Assembly: GCA_965223265.1 (NCBI GenBank)
Contig: OZ244999.1
Coordinates: forward strand, 4,672,001-4,736,000
Origin: Planctomycetota bacterium
GTDB lineage: Bacteria > Planctomycetota > UBA8108 > SXIK01
DNA: 64,000 nt
Reading direction: 5' to 3'
Shown: positions 10,448 to 20,545 of the stretch, piece after piece
How the letters are laid out: every line of letters begins with the position of its first letter
Numbering within the stretch: position 1 is the stretch's first letter
Made by a program: the position numbers and the translations under genes
The notes under the pieces: generated by a model
Seen by the model: the letters and a program-made list of their open reading frames with translations, nothing else
What the model was told of the DNA's origin: nothing
Database searches by the model: none

Positions 10448-11344
10448 CTACACCTCCGGCTCGATCACCGACTTATCCTGCGGAAAATAGTTGATGACGC
10501 GTCGACCGTGATTGAGGTCGTAGAGCTCCCACGTGCTGTCCGACACGCCGAAGACGATCTCGTGCTTGACGCCCGGATGCACCACGGCGCGCTCGAAGAC
10601 GCGAACGCAGTCAGCATGGGTCAAGTCGTACGGATGCAGCGGCTCGACGGTGCCGCTCCCGGTTTTGCCATCCGGGTCGATGCGTCCGATCCGCACGGAC
10701 ACGAATCCGATTCCATGGCGGGCGGCGTACAGGAACCCCAGCTGCTCGGCAAAAACTTTCGACAGCGGATAGCCGCCGTGGGGCCGCGTCGGCAAGTCGG
10801 CGCGGCGTTGAACGTCCATAGGAAGGCCTGATAGCACACCCGTCTCGCTCGAATAACCGATCCGACGTACGCCGTTTTGCCGTGCTGCCTCAAACACGTT
10901 GCGCGTTCCAAGCATGTTGTCGCGGCAATCCAGCCAATCGGCGTCGTCCCGTTTGGTACGAATGTTGACGAGGTGGATCACTGCGTCGATGTCCTTTGTG
11001 GCTTCAAAACAGACGTCGAAATCGAGAATGCTCCCGACGACCGAGTCTTCAAGCTCCGGCATAGGACGAATGTCGAGCCCGCGTATCTCGTAGCGTTCCC
11101 TAAGACCACGGACGAGGGTTGAGCCAACAGTACCGGCCGCACCGGTGATCAGGATTTTTCGGATGCTCGGATCGACCGGCAGCTCTTTCGGCATGCGCAC
11201 CGGCTCTGCTTGCGGCACCTGGGACTTTTCGGAAGCCTCGGACGGTGTTGCCGCCCCGTGCGAACCCGGCGCTCGGCAAGAGGTCAGGCCGCTCAGAAAC
11301 GCAAAGACGACGACAAGGTGACATGCCCGCTGGGTGAGTTTCAT
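10448..11344 (-). CDS. NAD-dependent epimerase/dehydrogenase (extended SDR, uronate dehydrogenase-like) with lipoprotein signal
   Basis: ILITGAAGTVG, DAVIHL, N..GTRNVFEAAR..GVRR, YPLSK (YxxxK), SVRIG, GVSD. N-terminal VVVFAFLSGLTSC lipobox. Confidence 0.85.
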   Translation of the reverse strand: MKLTQRACHLVVVFAFLSGLTSCRAPGSHGAATPSEASEKSQVPQAEPVRMPKELPVDPSIRKILITGAAGTVGSTLVRGLRERYEIRGLDIRPMPELEDSVVGSILDFDVCFEATKDIDAVIHLVNIRTKRDDADWLDCRDNMLGTRNVFEAARQNGVRRIGYSSETGVLSGLPMDVQRRADLPTRPHGGYPLSKVFAEQLGFLYAARHGIGFVSVRIGRIDPDGKTGSGTVEPLHPYDLTHADCVRVFERAVVHPGVKHEIVFGVSDSTWELYDLNHGRRVINYFPQDKSVIEPEV

Positions 11345-11475
11345 TCTGTACTCCTTCCGAGTGTTGCCGTGACGATGGAGCGATCGTCCCAGATCGTCGC
11401 CGCCAAGACAACGGTGGCCTCGGGCATCGACGTCGTCGAACCGATAGCCTCGCTTGACAGCTCATTGAGTGCGCC

Positions 11476-11505
11476 TTGCTTGGAGCGCCTGAGCTACTCT
11501 ACAAT
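11476..11505 (+). promoter_or_regulatory. putative sigma70-type promoter upstream of MITE copy 1 and the sulfatase
   Basis: TTGCTT-18 bp-TACAAT. Confidence 0.35.
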
Positions 11506-11543
11506 CGCTTCAACAAACTGCCGCGGCGGGCGTTCAATCCTAA

Positions 11544-11702
11544 CAGCCCGTTGAAAAAGTCATTCGGCCGAGAAACCGGCCTCTTCACGCCCAGCTCGAC
11601 CGCGTCAATACTCGAAAATCTCGGAGATTACCTGCGTTTGCCGCGGCCGATCTGGACGCGAAGAGACCAGTTTTCGGCTCGAAGCACTTTTTCAACGGGC
11701 TG
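11544..11702. mobile_element. MITE copy 1 (159 bp; IS5/IS1182-like ends)
   Basis: 17-bp TIR CAGCCCGTTGAAAAAGT / ACTTTTTCAACGGGCTG, flanked by CTAA direct repeats (11540-43 and 11703-06). Two more copies in the window. Confidence 0.9.
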
Positions 11703-11749
11703 CTAACGCCGGATTTCTCTTTTTCTCGACAAGCTCAAGGCGCTGAATC

Positions 11750-13216
11750 ATGCGACAAATCTTCACTCTACTCCGCCTCCCTTTTGCTCTCTGCCTCGCG
11801 CTCTGCGTCGCCGGCGTGTTCGGCATCTCGACGCTCCAGGCAGCGACGCCGCCCAACGTTCTCTTTCTGATCTGGGACGACCTCAACTGCGATCTCGGAG
11901 TGTATGGACACCCTCTCGTCAAGTCGCCGAACATCGACCGCTTAGCGAGCCGCGGCGTCCGATTCGAAAGCGCATTCTGCCAGTACCCGTTGTGCGGCCC
12001 CAGCAGAGCGTCGTTCATGACGGGTCTCTATCCGGATCAGACGTTGATCCATCGCAATGCCGTCCATCTCCGCGAACGGCTTCCCGACGTTCAGTCGATG
12101 TCGCAAATGTTTCGCCGTGGTGGCTACTTCGCAACGCGCATTGGCAAGATCTATCACTACAACGTGCCACGGCATGTTGGCACCGGTGGCCACGACGACC
12201 CTTATTCGTGGGACCACACGATCAATCCGCGCGGCCGCGACAAAGACGACGAAGACCTCATCTTCAGCCTCAGGCCGGACAACTTCGGCGGCACCCTGAG
12301 CTGGTTAGCAGCCGACGGTACCGCAGCAGAGCAAACCGACGGTATAGCGGCAACGGAAGCGGTTCGAGTTTTGAATGAGCACGCGAAGAGGCGCCAGCCT
12401 TTTTTTCTCGCGGTCGGTCTCTTTCGCCCTCACACCCCCTACGTCGCGCCGAAGAAGTACTTCGAAATGTACCCGCTCGACAAGATTACTCTGCCGCGCG
12501 TCCCAGATGGCTATATGGAGACGCTGCCAGCACCCGCACGCCGTTCACTCACGCGTAAGAAGGAACAGGTCAACCTATCCGACGACTTAGCTCGCCAGGC
12601 GATCCAGGCCTACTACGCGACGATTAGCTTTGCGGATGAACAGACAGGTCGCATCCTCGACGCACTCGAAGACACCGGATTGGCAGACAACACCATCGTC
12701 GTTTTCACATCGGACCACGGCTATCACATGGGCGAACATGGACACTTTCAAAAGACGACTCTCTTCGAGAATGCTGCGCGCGTACCGCTCATCATCGCAG
12801 GCCCTGGCGTCGTCGCTCGCGGCAGGAGTACCGCCACGCTGACAGAGATGATCGACTTCTACCCGACACTTGCTGAGCTGTGTGGCTTGAGCGCTCCGAA
12901 GTACGTCTCCGGAATCAGTCTTGTGCCGGCGCTGCGGGATCCCAGCGCGAAGCTGCGTGAGGCAGCATTGACGCAATACGAAAATGGCTACAGCCTACGG
13001 ACGGCCCGCTATCGCTACACTGAATGGGGACTTGACGGCAGCGAGGGCATCGAGCTCTACGATCACCACACAGACTCGAGCGAGCTCGTCAACCTCGCCG
13101 CACAGGCGGGCCAAGCCGACACGCTTGCGAAGCTCAAAAAGCTGATGCGCGAACGCCTGGTTGCGGCGCGCCGGCTGCCGCCGGGGGTGCGCCAGATTCC
13201 ACCTCACGGCCGCTGA
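11750..13216 (+). CDS. sulfatase (formylglycine-dependent S1 family; iduronate/choline sulfatase-like), secreted
   Basis: PNVLFLIWDDL, CGPSRAS (CxPxR), GKIYH, PFFLAVG..RPH.P, FTSDHGYHMGEH, ELYDH. Signal peptide. Confidence 0.95.
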   Translation: MRQIFTLLRLPFALCLALCVAGVFGISTLQAATPPNVLFLIWDDLNCDLGVYGHPLVKSPNIDRLASRGVRFESAFCQYPLCGPSRASFMTGLYPDQTLIHRNAVHLRERLPDVQSMSQMFRRGGYFATRIGKIYHYNVPRHVGTGGHDDPYSWDHTINPRGRDKDDEDLIFSLRPDNFGGTLSWLAADGTAAEQTDGIAATEAVRVLNEHAKRRQPFFLAVGLFRPHTPYVAPKKYFEMYPLDKITLPRVPDGYMETLPAPARRSLTRKKEQVNLSDDLARQAIQAYYATISFADEQTGRILDALEDTGLADNTIVVFTSDHGYHMGEHGHFQKTTLFENAARVPLIIAGPGVVARGRSTATLTEMIDFYPTLAELCGLSAPKYVSGISLVPALRDPSAKLREAALTQYENGYSLRTARYRYTEWGLDGSEGIELYDHHTDSSELVNLAAQAGQADTLAKLKKLMRERLVAARRLPPGVRQIPPHGR

Positions 13217-13382
13217 TCGACCACGCCGCAGCGGAGAGCTGAGCGACAACGCAGTAGAAACGTCGCGACGCTCTCAGCTAGAATGGGGCAGCGTCGCCGA
13301 GGGTCATGGCGACGCTTTTCGACCGTTCCGATGTTTCCCGCAGCGTGTCGCTTCTGCGACTCCACGAACATGAGGCTCCCCC

Positions 13383-14561
13383 ATGCAACGACACTCCTGT
13401 CACGGCATCGCCGAATCCGCGGTTGATCGTCTTTCGGCTACCTCAACACAGCTCCGAACGCTCCTGACGTCACCACAACTCAAAACTCTCGTCGCCATCA
13501 CGGTCGTTTCGATCGTGGCATCATGGCTTGCAGTGAAGTCCACGGAGCGTCCGGCGCTCGCTAAGTCAGCGATGGACGCACCAGAGCTCGCTGCCGAGAT
13601 GGTGAACGCTGCGAAAAACTACGTCGCCACACTGTCTCGCAGCCAGACCTCGCGTGGAAAGTTTCTGTTCCAAGACTACGAACGGTTCAACTTCCACTAC
13701 TTCCCCATCCCGCGCCGTGGCGTCGCGCTCAAGGATATGGACGCGGGCCAGCGACCACTCGCCTACGCTCTTCTCAACACCGCTCTGAGCCACCGCGGCT
13801 TCGCCAAGGCGACGACCATCATGAGCCTCGGCGAGCTTTTGCGCCAAACGCTGGAAGTGAAGAATCCTCTACGCGATGCGGATCAGTACTACGTCTCGAT
13901 CTTCGGCACGCCAGAGGTCGGAGCCACTTGGGGCTGGCGCTTCGAGGGCTTTCACGTCTCGGTGAACGTCACCATCGTCGAAGGACGCTGGATCGCAGTG
14001 GCGCCGTCTTTCTTCGGCAGCCGGCCGGCCATCGTTCCGGATGGCCCACGCGCAGGCCTGCAGGTTCTCATGGAAGAAGAGGAATGGGGTCGCAGCCTGG
14101 CGAAGTCGCTCCGCGCGGACCAGCGCAAGATCGCGTTTGGCGAGATTCCTGACTTTCTCACTGAGACCGTCGGCGGTTTGACGACAGCCAACCGGCCGAA
14201 AGTAGACCCCACGCCGGCGCGAGGAATCCCCGTCAGCAAGCTTTCGGAGGAACAGGTCAAGCTCTTGATGGATCTCATCCGCGAGTATGCGAAACGTCAT
14301 CGACACCGGCTCGCGGCGCAGGACCTCGCCAAGATCGAAGCGGCAGGCGTTGACAAGATTCACTTCGCGTGGGACGGGAGCCTCGAACGCTTCGAGCCGC
14401 ACCACTACATCATTCAAGGTCCGACGTTCATCATCGAGTACGACAACACGCAGGACGGTGCCAACCATGTCCACTCAGTGTGGCGCGACCTCGAAAACGA
14501 CTTTGGGGTCGACATGTTGAGGCGGCACTATCGGCTGCACCATCGGAAGAAGTCCGGTTGA
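13383..14561 (+). CDS. DUF3500 domain protein
   Basis: YYVSIFGTP....WGWRFEGFHVS.N, HFAW.G......HY.IQGPTF.IEYDNTQ..ANHVHSVWRD..NDFG.D.LR.HY. Confidence 0.85.
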   Translation: MQRHSCHGIAESAVDRLSATSTQLRTLLTSPQLKTLVAITVVSIVASWLAVKSTERPALAKSAMDAPELAAEMVNAAKNYVATLSRSQTSRGKFLFQDYERFNFHYFPIPRRGVALKDMDAGQRPLAYALLNTALSHRGFAKATTIMSLGELLRQTLEVKNPLRDADQYYVSIFGTPEVGATWGWRFEGFHVSVNVTIVEGRWIAVAPSFFGSRPAIVPDGPRAGLQVLMEEEEWGRSLAKSLRADQRKIAFGEIPDFLTETVGGLTTANRPKVDPTPARGIPVSKLSEEQVKLLMDLIREYAKRHRHRLAAQDLAKIEAAGVDKIHFAWDGSLERFEPHHYIIQGPTFIIEYDNTQDGANHVHSVWRDLENDFGVDMLRRHYRLHHRKKSG

Positions 14562-14634
14562 TCGGGCTTCTCGGTGATCGGTCAGCAAAGGTGTTATCGG
14601 TTAGAAGAGTGCGACTTGGTGAGCAGCGGCGGTG

Positions 14635-15021
14635 TTACTTGATGAGCCGAATCGTCGCGGGGTAGCGGTAGGATTCACCCCGTCCGGCGGCAACGGCTGC
14701 AATGATCACCAAAACCAAATCGGCAACCAGAAGCGCGAAGAAGAGGAAGATGCCGACCACCACGAAGACGAGCGGTATGCAGGCGAGCATATAGATCGTC
14801 ATCGAAATCTGGAAATTGAGTGACTCCTTGCCGTGCTCGTCGACAAACGGCATCTCATCCTTCTTGACCAACCAGACGATGAGTGGCCCGAGGATGTGGC
14901 CGAACGGAATGCCGATGTATGCGGCGAGCGCTGTCACATGGGCAGCAAGCCCCCAATTGCGTTCCTCGGGCTGAATACTCGAGTTCGGTGTGTCCGCGTT
15001 GCGTTCGTCGAAGTTCTCCAT
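14635..15021 (-). CDS. DUF4870 (Tic20-like) membrane protein
   Basis: GPLIVWLVKKDE..FVDEHGKESLNFQIS ... GESYRYP..IRLIK. Confidence 0.9.
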   Translation of the reverse strand: MENFDERNADTPNSSIQPEERNWGLAAHVTALAAYIGIPFGHILGPLIVWLVKKDEMPFVDEHGKESLNFQISMTIYMLACIPLVFVVVGIFLFFALLVADLVLVIIAAVAAGRGESYRYPATIRLIK

Positions 15022-15234
15022 AGCCGCTCCTTTCTTCCCCCGTTCCTAACGACGATTTCCCGCGACTAGCCCGCATTTCCCACAAGATTCCTACTGCGGC
15101 ACTGTAAGTCGCGTCGTTAAGTCGCGTCGTGGACTGCGTCAGGCTTGCAGCGATTCGCACCAGTTGGAGAGACGCGCGAGAAGGTCGCTCGTTACAAACG
15201 TTTTCGCTTGGTGGAAGGAAAACCTGGCGGCGCG

Positions 15235-17094
15235 CTACCGCGATCCATCGGCGGCCGGAAGGCGCGGAACCCGGAGCTCGAAGCAGGCGCCAGACTCTCC
15301 GCTTCCGACGTCTACAGTGTCGAGGTCACCACCCATAGAGCGCGCAAGCCTTCGGCTGAGCGCAAGCCCCAACCCGATTCCGGGCGCAGAAACGGCCGCC
15401 TGGCGCGCGGACTTGCTGAACGGCTGAAACAGCCGCTTAGCGACGTCGGCGGCGACGCCTGGACCGAAGTCGCGAACACGAAACGAGACATGCGCCGTCG
15501 TCGCACTCACGGCAAGCTGGATGCGCTGGGCCTCGTCGCGAGCTCTTGGGCGCGCGTACTTACACGCGTTGTCGATCAGGTTGAGGAGAATCTGCTCGAC
15601 GACCGAAACGTTGACGCGCAAGCGAGCCTCGGCAGGGGTCCCAACACCGCTCGCATCGATCGTCAGTTCGAAACCTCCTTGCTGGGCGCGATCTCGAAGC
15701 CGCGCTCCGGCGCGTTCGAGCACACACTCAACAGAGATCACTTCGGCGTCGCTGGTGACATCTCGATTCTCGAGACGGGCGTAGGCAAGCACGTTCTCAA
15801 CCATGTGGCCAAGCCTTCCGGCTTCCCGGTTGAGCGTCTGCAGGTACCGCTGCCGCGCTGAATCATCGGCAACCATGTCCTCCGCCAACATTTCGCTGTA
15901 CATGCGGAAAGTGGTGAGAGGGGTGCGCAACTCGTGAGTCACTGCAGAGACGAAAGCCCCGCGGCGTTCGCTCAGAGACACAGCACTCCGCAAAAGAAGC
16001 GCCACCGCAACGGCAAACACAAGAACACAACCCCATGCCAGCGCGAGCGGCCCTCCCACGGTCGTCAGACACTCTGCCAGCGGCACGTCGACCGTATTTG
16101 CGACGACCGCAGCCGGCACCACCGCAAGCCGCCGCGCCGCATCAACGTCGCCCGAGGAGCTGCGCATGACGGCAGGTGTCAGCCGTGCATTCGGTAACAG
16201 GTCGCTGACCTGATCCAGAAGAGAGCGCTCGAGCTTTTCCCAATCGAACCAACACGCCTGGACAAAAGAGCGCTCGTAAACTGCGACTCGCCGGGCGAGA
16301 AACAGGTGGTCGTTGAGCCACAACGGCTGCATGCCGCCCACGTTGACGTCGATCGTCTCCTTTGCTATGAGGTCGCAACCTATCGTCTGCCGCGGTAGAG
16401 CACGTTGATTGCTGTCGACGATGGAGTTGCGCAAGTTGAATCGCTGTACGAATTCATCGGTATTCTTGCCGTTCTGTAGCGGACTGATTGACGCCACTTG
16501 TTGTTGCTGCACGGAGAGCTCTGCCACGTCATCCCCAGCCTGCTCAGAGAGCTCGGGCGATTTCCCTTTCGATAGGGTCGCGATCGCGTTCTCGCTCGCT
16601 GTCGCGAGACGCGCGGCGAAATCCTCGCCACGCAGAACCTCACGGACTTCCTCGAGGCGGCGTTCTCGGTCTGACAAAAGGTAGCTGTTGAGTCCGCTTT
16701 TGAGAGCACGGTCGCGAGCCACACCGGTCGGGACCTGAGGCGAAGTCAGGTCGTCAGCCCCGCGTACTTGTAGGTGGAGCGCGATCACGGGCTGATCCAG
16801 CGTCAGGAGCGGCGATGGAGTGAGTTGATCACCCTGTGGAACGCGGCCCGTACCAGTGAGAAACGGGTGCGCTGCCGAAAAAAAAGTATCGTACTCGAAA
16901 TAAGGGCGCGCGCTCTCTGCCAACACTAGCGACGCCAAAGTCGAGTCCATTCGCCAAAGCGCAAGCCGGACGCGTTCTTCGCGCTGCTCCTCGCGTGCCG
17001 ACGCAATCACGCGCGAACTGACCCACACCAAGGCGCCAATGACGACGGCCAGAGCGGCAAGAAAAATGATCCACGTGCTCGTCAGTTTCTTCAC
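15235..17094 (-). CDS. membrane sensor histidine kinase
   Basis: Two TM segments flanking a large periplasmic domain. H-box FVSAVTHELRTPL, N-box EQILLNLIDNACKY, G boxes DFGPGV and GIGLGLALSR. 4-bp overlap with the regulator. Confidence 0.95.
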   Translation of the reverse strand: MKKLTSTWIIFLAALAVVIGALVWVSSRVIASAREEQREERVRLALWRMDSTLASLVLAESARPYFEYDTFFSAAHPFLTGTGRVPQGDQLTPSPLLTLDQPVIALHLQVRGADDLTSPQVPTGVARDRALKSGLNSYLLSDRERRLEEVREVLRGEDFAARLATASENAIATLSKGKSPELSEQAGDDVAELSVQQQQVASISPLQNGKNTDEFVQRFNLRNSIVDSNQRALPRQTIGCDLIAKETIDVNVGGMQPLWLNDHLFLARRVAVYERSFVQACWFDWEKLERSLLDQVSDLLPNARLTPAVMRSSSGDVDAARRLAVVPAAVVANTVDVPLAECLTTVGGPLALAWGCVLVFAVAVALLLRSAVSLSERRGAFVSAVTHELRTPLTTFRMYSEMLAEDMVADDSARQRYLQTLNREAGRLGHMVENVLAYARLENRDVTSDAEVISVECVLERAGARLRDRAQQGGFELTIDASGVGTPAEARLRVNVSVVEQILLNLIDNACKYARPRARDEAQRIQLAVSATTAHVSFRVRDFGPGVAADVAKRLFQPFSKSARQAAVSAPGIGLGLALSRRLARSMGGDLDTVDVGSGESGACFELRVPRLPAADGSR

Positions 17095-17798
17095 GACGCT
17101 GGCTCCAAACGCGCCAGCATGTACCCCTTGCCGCGCACCGTAACCAGCACGCGCGGCGTCTTCGGATCGTCGCGCAGCTTACCGCGAAGGCGCGCGATGT
17201 GCATATCAATGGTGCGTGTCTCGACGCCCTTCGGATCGAGACGCCAAACGCGCGTCAAGATCTCCTGACGCGAGACTGCACGTTCTGGATTGCGCGCCAG
17301 ATACTCAAGGATCGCCAGCTCTCGCTCGGACAGTTCAACGCGTTCGCCGTCGTCGAAGCACACTTCGCGGCGGGCCAAGTCGACCGCGCCGCCAGAGAAA
17401 ACGATGGTTCGCAGTTCAGTCGAACGCTCCGGGGAGCGTCTCAGTACCGACTCGATACGCGCAAGCAGCTCCTTGACGCTGAACGGCTTGACCACATAGT
17501 CGTCCGCACCAAGGCGCAAGCCGTGTACACGGTCGGCCTCCTCGCCGCACGCCGTCAAAATGATGATCGGCATCGTGGGCCGCGCAAGGCGAACGGCAGC
17601 CAGAATCTCCAGACCGCCTCGTCCCGGGAGAATCAGATCGAGGAGTATGAGGTCACACTCGGCCCCGAGTGCCAAATCCAGGCCTTCGTCGCCGGAGGTC
17701 GCAGCGAGGGCCGCATATCCTTCGTAGGCGAGTGCATCGAGAATGCCCTCGCGGATCGCGGCGTCGTCCTCGACGACAAGAATCTGCTTCTTCTCCAT
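17091..17798 (-). CDS. OmpR/PhoB family response regulator
   Basis: ILVVEDD, DLILLDLILP, GADDYVVKPF, winged helix TRTIDMHIARLR.KL..TVRGKGY. Start moved to the ATG at 17798. Confidence 0.95.
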   Translation of the reverse strand: MEKKQILVVEDDAAIREGILDALAYEGYAALAATSGDEGLDLALGAECDLILLDLILPGRGGLEILAAVRLARPTMPIIILTACGEEADRVHGLRLGADDYVVKPFSVKELLARIESVLRRSPERSTELRTIVFSGGAVDLARREVCFDDGERVELSERELAILEYLARNPERAVSRQEILTRVWRLDPKGVETRTIDMHIARLRGKLRDDPKTPRVLVTVRGKGYMLARLEPAS

Positions 17799-17957
17799 AG
17801 CGTGCCCTGTGAGTCGCGAAGGCTTTCGGTTTTCGCAATTGCCGTCCAGCCATCGAATGCTGCTCTTGATGCTACATCCTTTGTCGGCCAAAGCGCCCCA
17901 AATACACAGCGATTCGGCCGGCAAGCCGCATGCTCGCCGGCCGATCAACGTCGCGCC

Positions 17958-20387
17958 TTACGGCTGATTTTCGTCGCTGGCCGTGTCAGTCTGGGTGGCT
18001 GCAGACCGATTTGTACGATCGCCGGCGACTCTCTGCGCAGTCGGAGAGGAATCTGTTGTCGTCCTACTATTCTGTGCCGCCGCGTTGTCGGCGAGCTGCG
18101 CGCCGCGACCTCTTGAAGACGCCGGCGCGACCGGCCCACGGACAAGGACCGTCTCGCCGTCAACTGTCATGAGGATATCGCCACGCAGTGAGACGCACCC
18201 CTGGCGGCCGTCGCGAGTCAGTCGCTCCAGGAGCGTCTTGAATTCGCTCGAGCCAAACTCGACTTCGCGATCTGGCTCTGCGATCTTTCTATTCACCAGC
18301 CTGCTGTCAATCCACCGAGCACCACGGCGGTAGAAGGCGCGATCCGACACTTGCTGCACAGCTGCCACCTCCACTTGGTTGAGGTTCTCGTCGAGGCGGT
18401 TATTGGAGATGTTGAGACAAATCTGCGTCTTGAGTGCGAGACGATTGACGTCTTGGTTGCAGCCACCGATGCCGGTGCGGACGCGCACGGCGCGTCGGAT
18501 AAAATTGCTGCCGGCGTTTGACGCCACCGCTTCACGATCGCTCAGGTCACTGCCCTCGAGGGCGAGAAACGCGGTGTATTCGGAAAGAATCCCGAATTCA
18601 GTGGAAAGATCGACGATTGCGTCCACGAGCTCCTTGAAGCGGGGATCCGTCGCAACACCAGAACTTGCCGTTGGATCAGCACCAAGGTTTCGTATTTCGT
18701 CCTCGAGCATGCCGATCTTCCGGCTCGCCCAGAGTCGCGGCACATAGGCGTTTCGTGTCGTCGCTCGATCAAGGTTGAACGCGAAACGAAACGAACGTTC
18801 CTGGCCTCGGTAGTTTCCACTGAGCACAAAGGTGATTGGCTCCGTCCCGATGTATTTGGCGATGACGTTCAGCTGGTCACCTTCGTAGAGGTCGGGGAGG
18901 GCAGCCGGCAGGAGGTCGCGCACGCGATGCGGTGTGGCGTTGCCGGAGTCGTCGACTGCTACCAGGATAGGCGAGGCGAGCACCGGCCCGGAGAGTTTTC
19001 GAAAGACACTGCCGACCTTGACCTCAACATCCTCGCTGGGTAGCACGAAGGTCGCGCGGCCGCGTGAGGCGTAGGCGAGATTCTCGAGCAGCGGTGTGTT
19101 GACGTCAAATCCGACCCCGAACGTGAAGACTCGGCGTTCCTGATCATTGCGCTTCGAAATCAGCTCCCGAATCGCAGCTTCCGAGGTCTGGCCGACCGTC
19201 GGCAGCCCGTCCGTGAGAAAGAGCACGATCGGCAGCGTGCCGTCGTGCTTCGGCGCAATGAGCGCCTCGAGCAGCGCGTCGTGGAGATTCGTGCCGCCCA
19301 CAGGTGTCACGCCCCGGAGGTATTTCGCAGCGGCGGCGAGCGTTGCGGCAGACTTAATCGCCGCGCCGTCGGAAAAACGATCAACCGCGTCGTTGTAGAC
19401 GAGGAGATGGAACATCTCGCCGTCGTTCAGTCCCGCGATCACCTGCAGAGCCGCTTCTCTCGCCTGCTCGAATTTGCCGTTCTTCATACTGCCCGAACGA
19501 TCGATGACGAGGGTCACTTCGCGCTTGAGGTGCGCGTTTTCATCATCGTCGCCCGCCGCGCGAGACGGCACGCCGCCGAGGAGAAGGAAGTATCCCCCAT
19601 CGGTATTCGCGTCGGGGTAGGCGACAAGTGACGCGCTCATGTCGCCGTGCTCGGCGAGGTAGGAAATGCGCAGCGAGCCAGGATCGATACGACCGCCTCG
19701 TTGCGTCACCGAGAGGCTGACTGAGTTGGCGCTCGTCTGTGTCGCAACAGGATGCGACGGCGAATACACAGTGGCAATCGGAGTCTTAGAGCGAACGGTA
19801 GCGGAGATCTCCCATGGCACATGATAGTCGAGAGATTCGGTGCGCGGCAGGACGTAGTCGATGCGGTCGCCGTCGCGCTCGAGGAGTTCTTCGTAGACCA
19901 GGCGGACACGCTGCGTGCCGTTCGCGGTGACGGGAAAGACGCTCGATCGAATCATGTTGTAGCCGACAAACTCGAGGAGCGCCGGATCCTGCGCCCGCGA
20001 CACGATCGCGTCGTAGGTGCGCCTCGCCTCCTCGCGTGTCAGGAGGCGAGCGGATGTCTCCGGCGCCGAGCCCTGAAACGTGAAATCGCGAACCACCGCG
20101 TGCGGCGGCACGGGGACGACGAGCTCAGCCTCGGCGGCACGCGCGGACGGATTCTGCAGGCCGACCTCGAGCGTCGTCGTCGCCACCTGTTCGGAGATCT
20201 CGACACGTGCCTTGACGTCGGTCATGATGACCGCGTCGGGTGTCGACGGCGCGACGACGCGTGTCTGCGGCACGATCACTGAGCGCGCCGGCGGCGTGGG
20301 AGCCGTGAGCGTCTGTGCCTGCAGCTGTGAGCTGAGCGGACAGAAAAGGGCAAGAGCCACGAAGGCGGCGCGGGTCATTAGAGTCAT
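17958..20387 (-). CDS. secreted VIT + vWA domain protein (inter-alpha-trypsin inhibitor-like)
   Basis: Signal peptide, VIT region (EAR.TY..IV....DPALLE), MIDAS motif VIDRSGSM, GGTNL, FLTDGLPT, FTFGVG. RBS GAGGTG before the ATG at 20387. Confidence 0.9.
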   Translation of the reverse strand: MTLMTRAAFVALALFCPLSSQLQAQTLTAPTPPARSVIVPQTRVVAPSTPDAVIMTDVKARVEISEQVATTTLEVGLQNPSARAAEAELVVPVPPHAVVRDFTFQGSAPETSARLLTREEARRTYDAIVSRAQDPALLEFVGYNMIRSSVFPVTANGTQRVRLVYEELLERDGDRIDYVLPRTESLDYHVPWEISATVRSKTPIATVYSPSHPVATQTSANSVSLSVTQRGGRIDPGSLRISYLAEHGDMSASLVAYPDANTDGGYFLLLGGVPSRAAGDDDENAHLKREVTLVIDRSGSMKNGKFEQAREAALQVIAGLNDGEMFHLLVYNDAVDRFSDGAAIKSAATLAAAAKYLRGVTPVGGTNLHDALLEALIAPKHDGTLPIVLFLTDGLPTVGQTSEAAIRELISKRNDQERRVFTFGVGFDVNTPLLENLAYASRGRATFVLPSEDVEVKVGSVFRKLSGPVLASPILVAVDDSGNATPHRVRDLLPAALPDLYEGDQLNVIAKYIGTEPITFVLSGNYRGQERSFRFAFNLDRATTRNAYVPRLWASRKIGMLEDEIRNLGADPTASSGVATDPRFKELVDAIVDLSTEFGILSEYTAFLALEGSDLSDREAVASNAGSNFIRRAVRVRTGIGGCNQDVNRLALKTQICLNISNNRLDENLNQVEVAAVQQVSDRAFYRRGARWIDSRLVNRKIAEPDREVEFGSSEFKTLLERLTRDGRQGCVSLRGDILMTVDGETVLVRGPVAPASSRGRGAQLADNAAAQNSRTTTDSSPTAQRVAGDRTNRSAATQTDTASDENQP

Positions 20388-20501
20388 CGTCACACCTCGA
20401 AGAATGCCGGTCCGCGCGCACCGATAGACTGCGGGACGCACGGCGGCAGCCGGGATCAAAGGAACGTTGCTGACCGGACCGTTCGGCCAAGCGCTCATCC
20501 A

Positions 20502-20545
20502 AACGTAGCCCGAGGTGAGGCGAATTCTTGTAACGGGTTCGTAAC
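20502..20545 (-). promoter_or_regulatory. putative OmpR/PhoB-family tandem binding site plus -10 box
   Basis: GTTAC-n6-GTTAC with 11-bp period on the minus strand (20530-45), followed by a TACGTT -10-like hexamer (20502-07), upstream of the VIT/RR/HK operon. Confidence 0.45.

Noticed and set aside
11476-11706. small ORFs with similar peptides (LKKSFGR.., KHFFN) at 11476, 23453 and 47988
   Set aside because: They are translations of the MITE sequence, not a protein family.
17799-17948. N-terminal extensions in the ORF track (regulator, VIT, rlmL, ytxJ, Cys-rich, CotH genes)
   Set aside because: Downstream ATGs with an RBS or signal peptide fit the families better. The extensions reflect longest-ORF calling.
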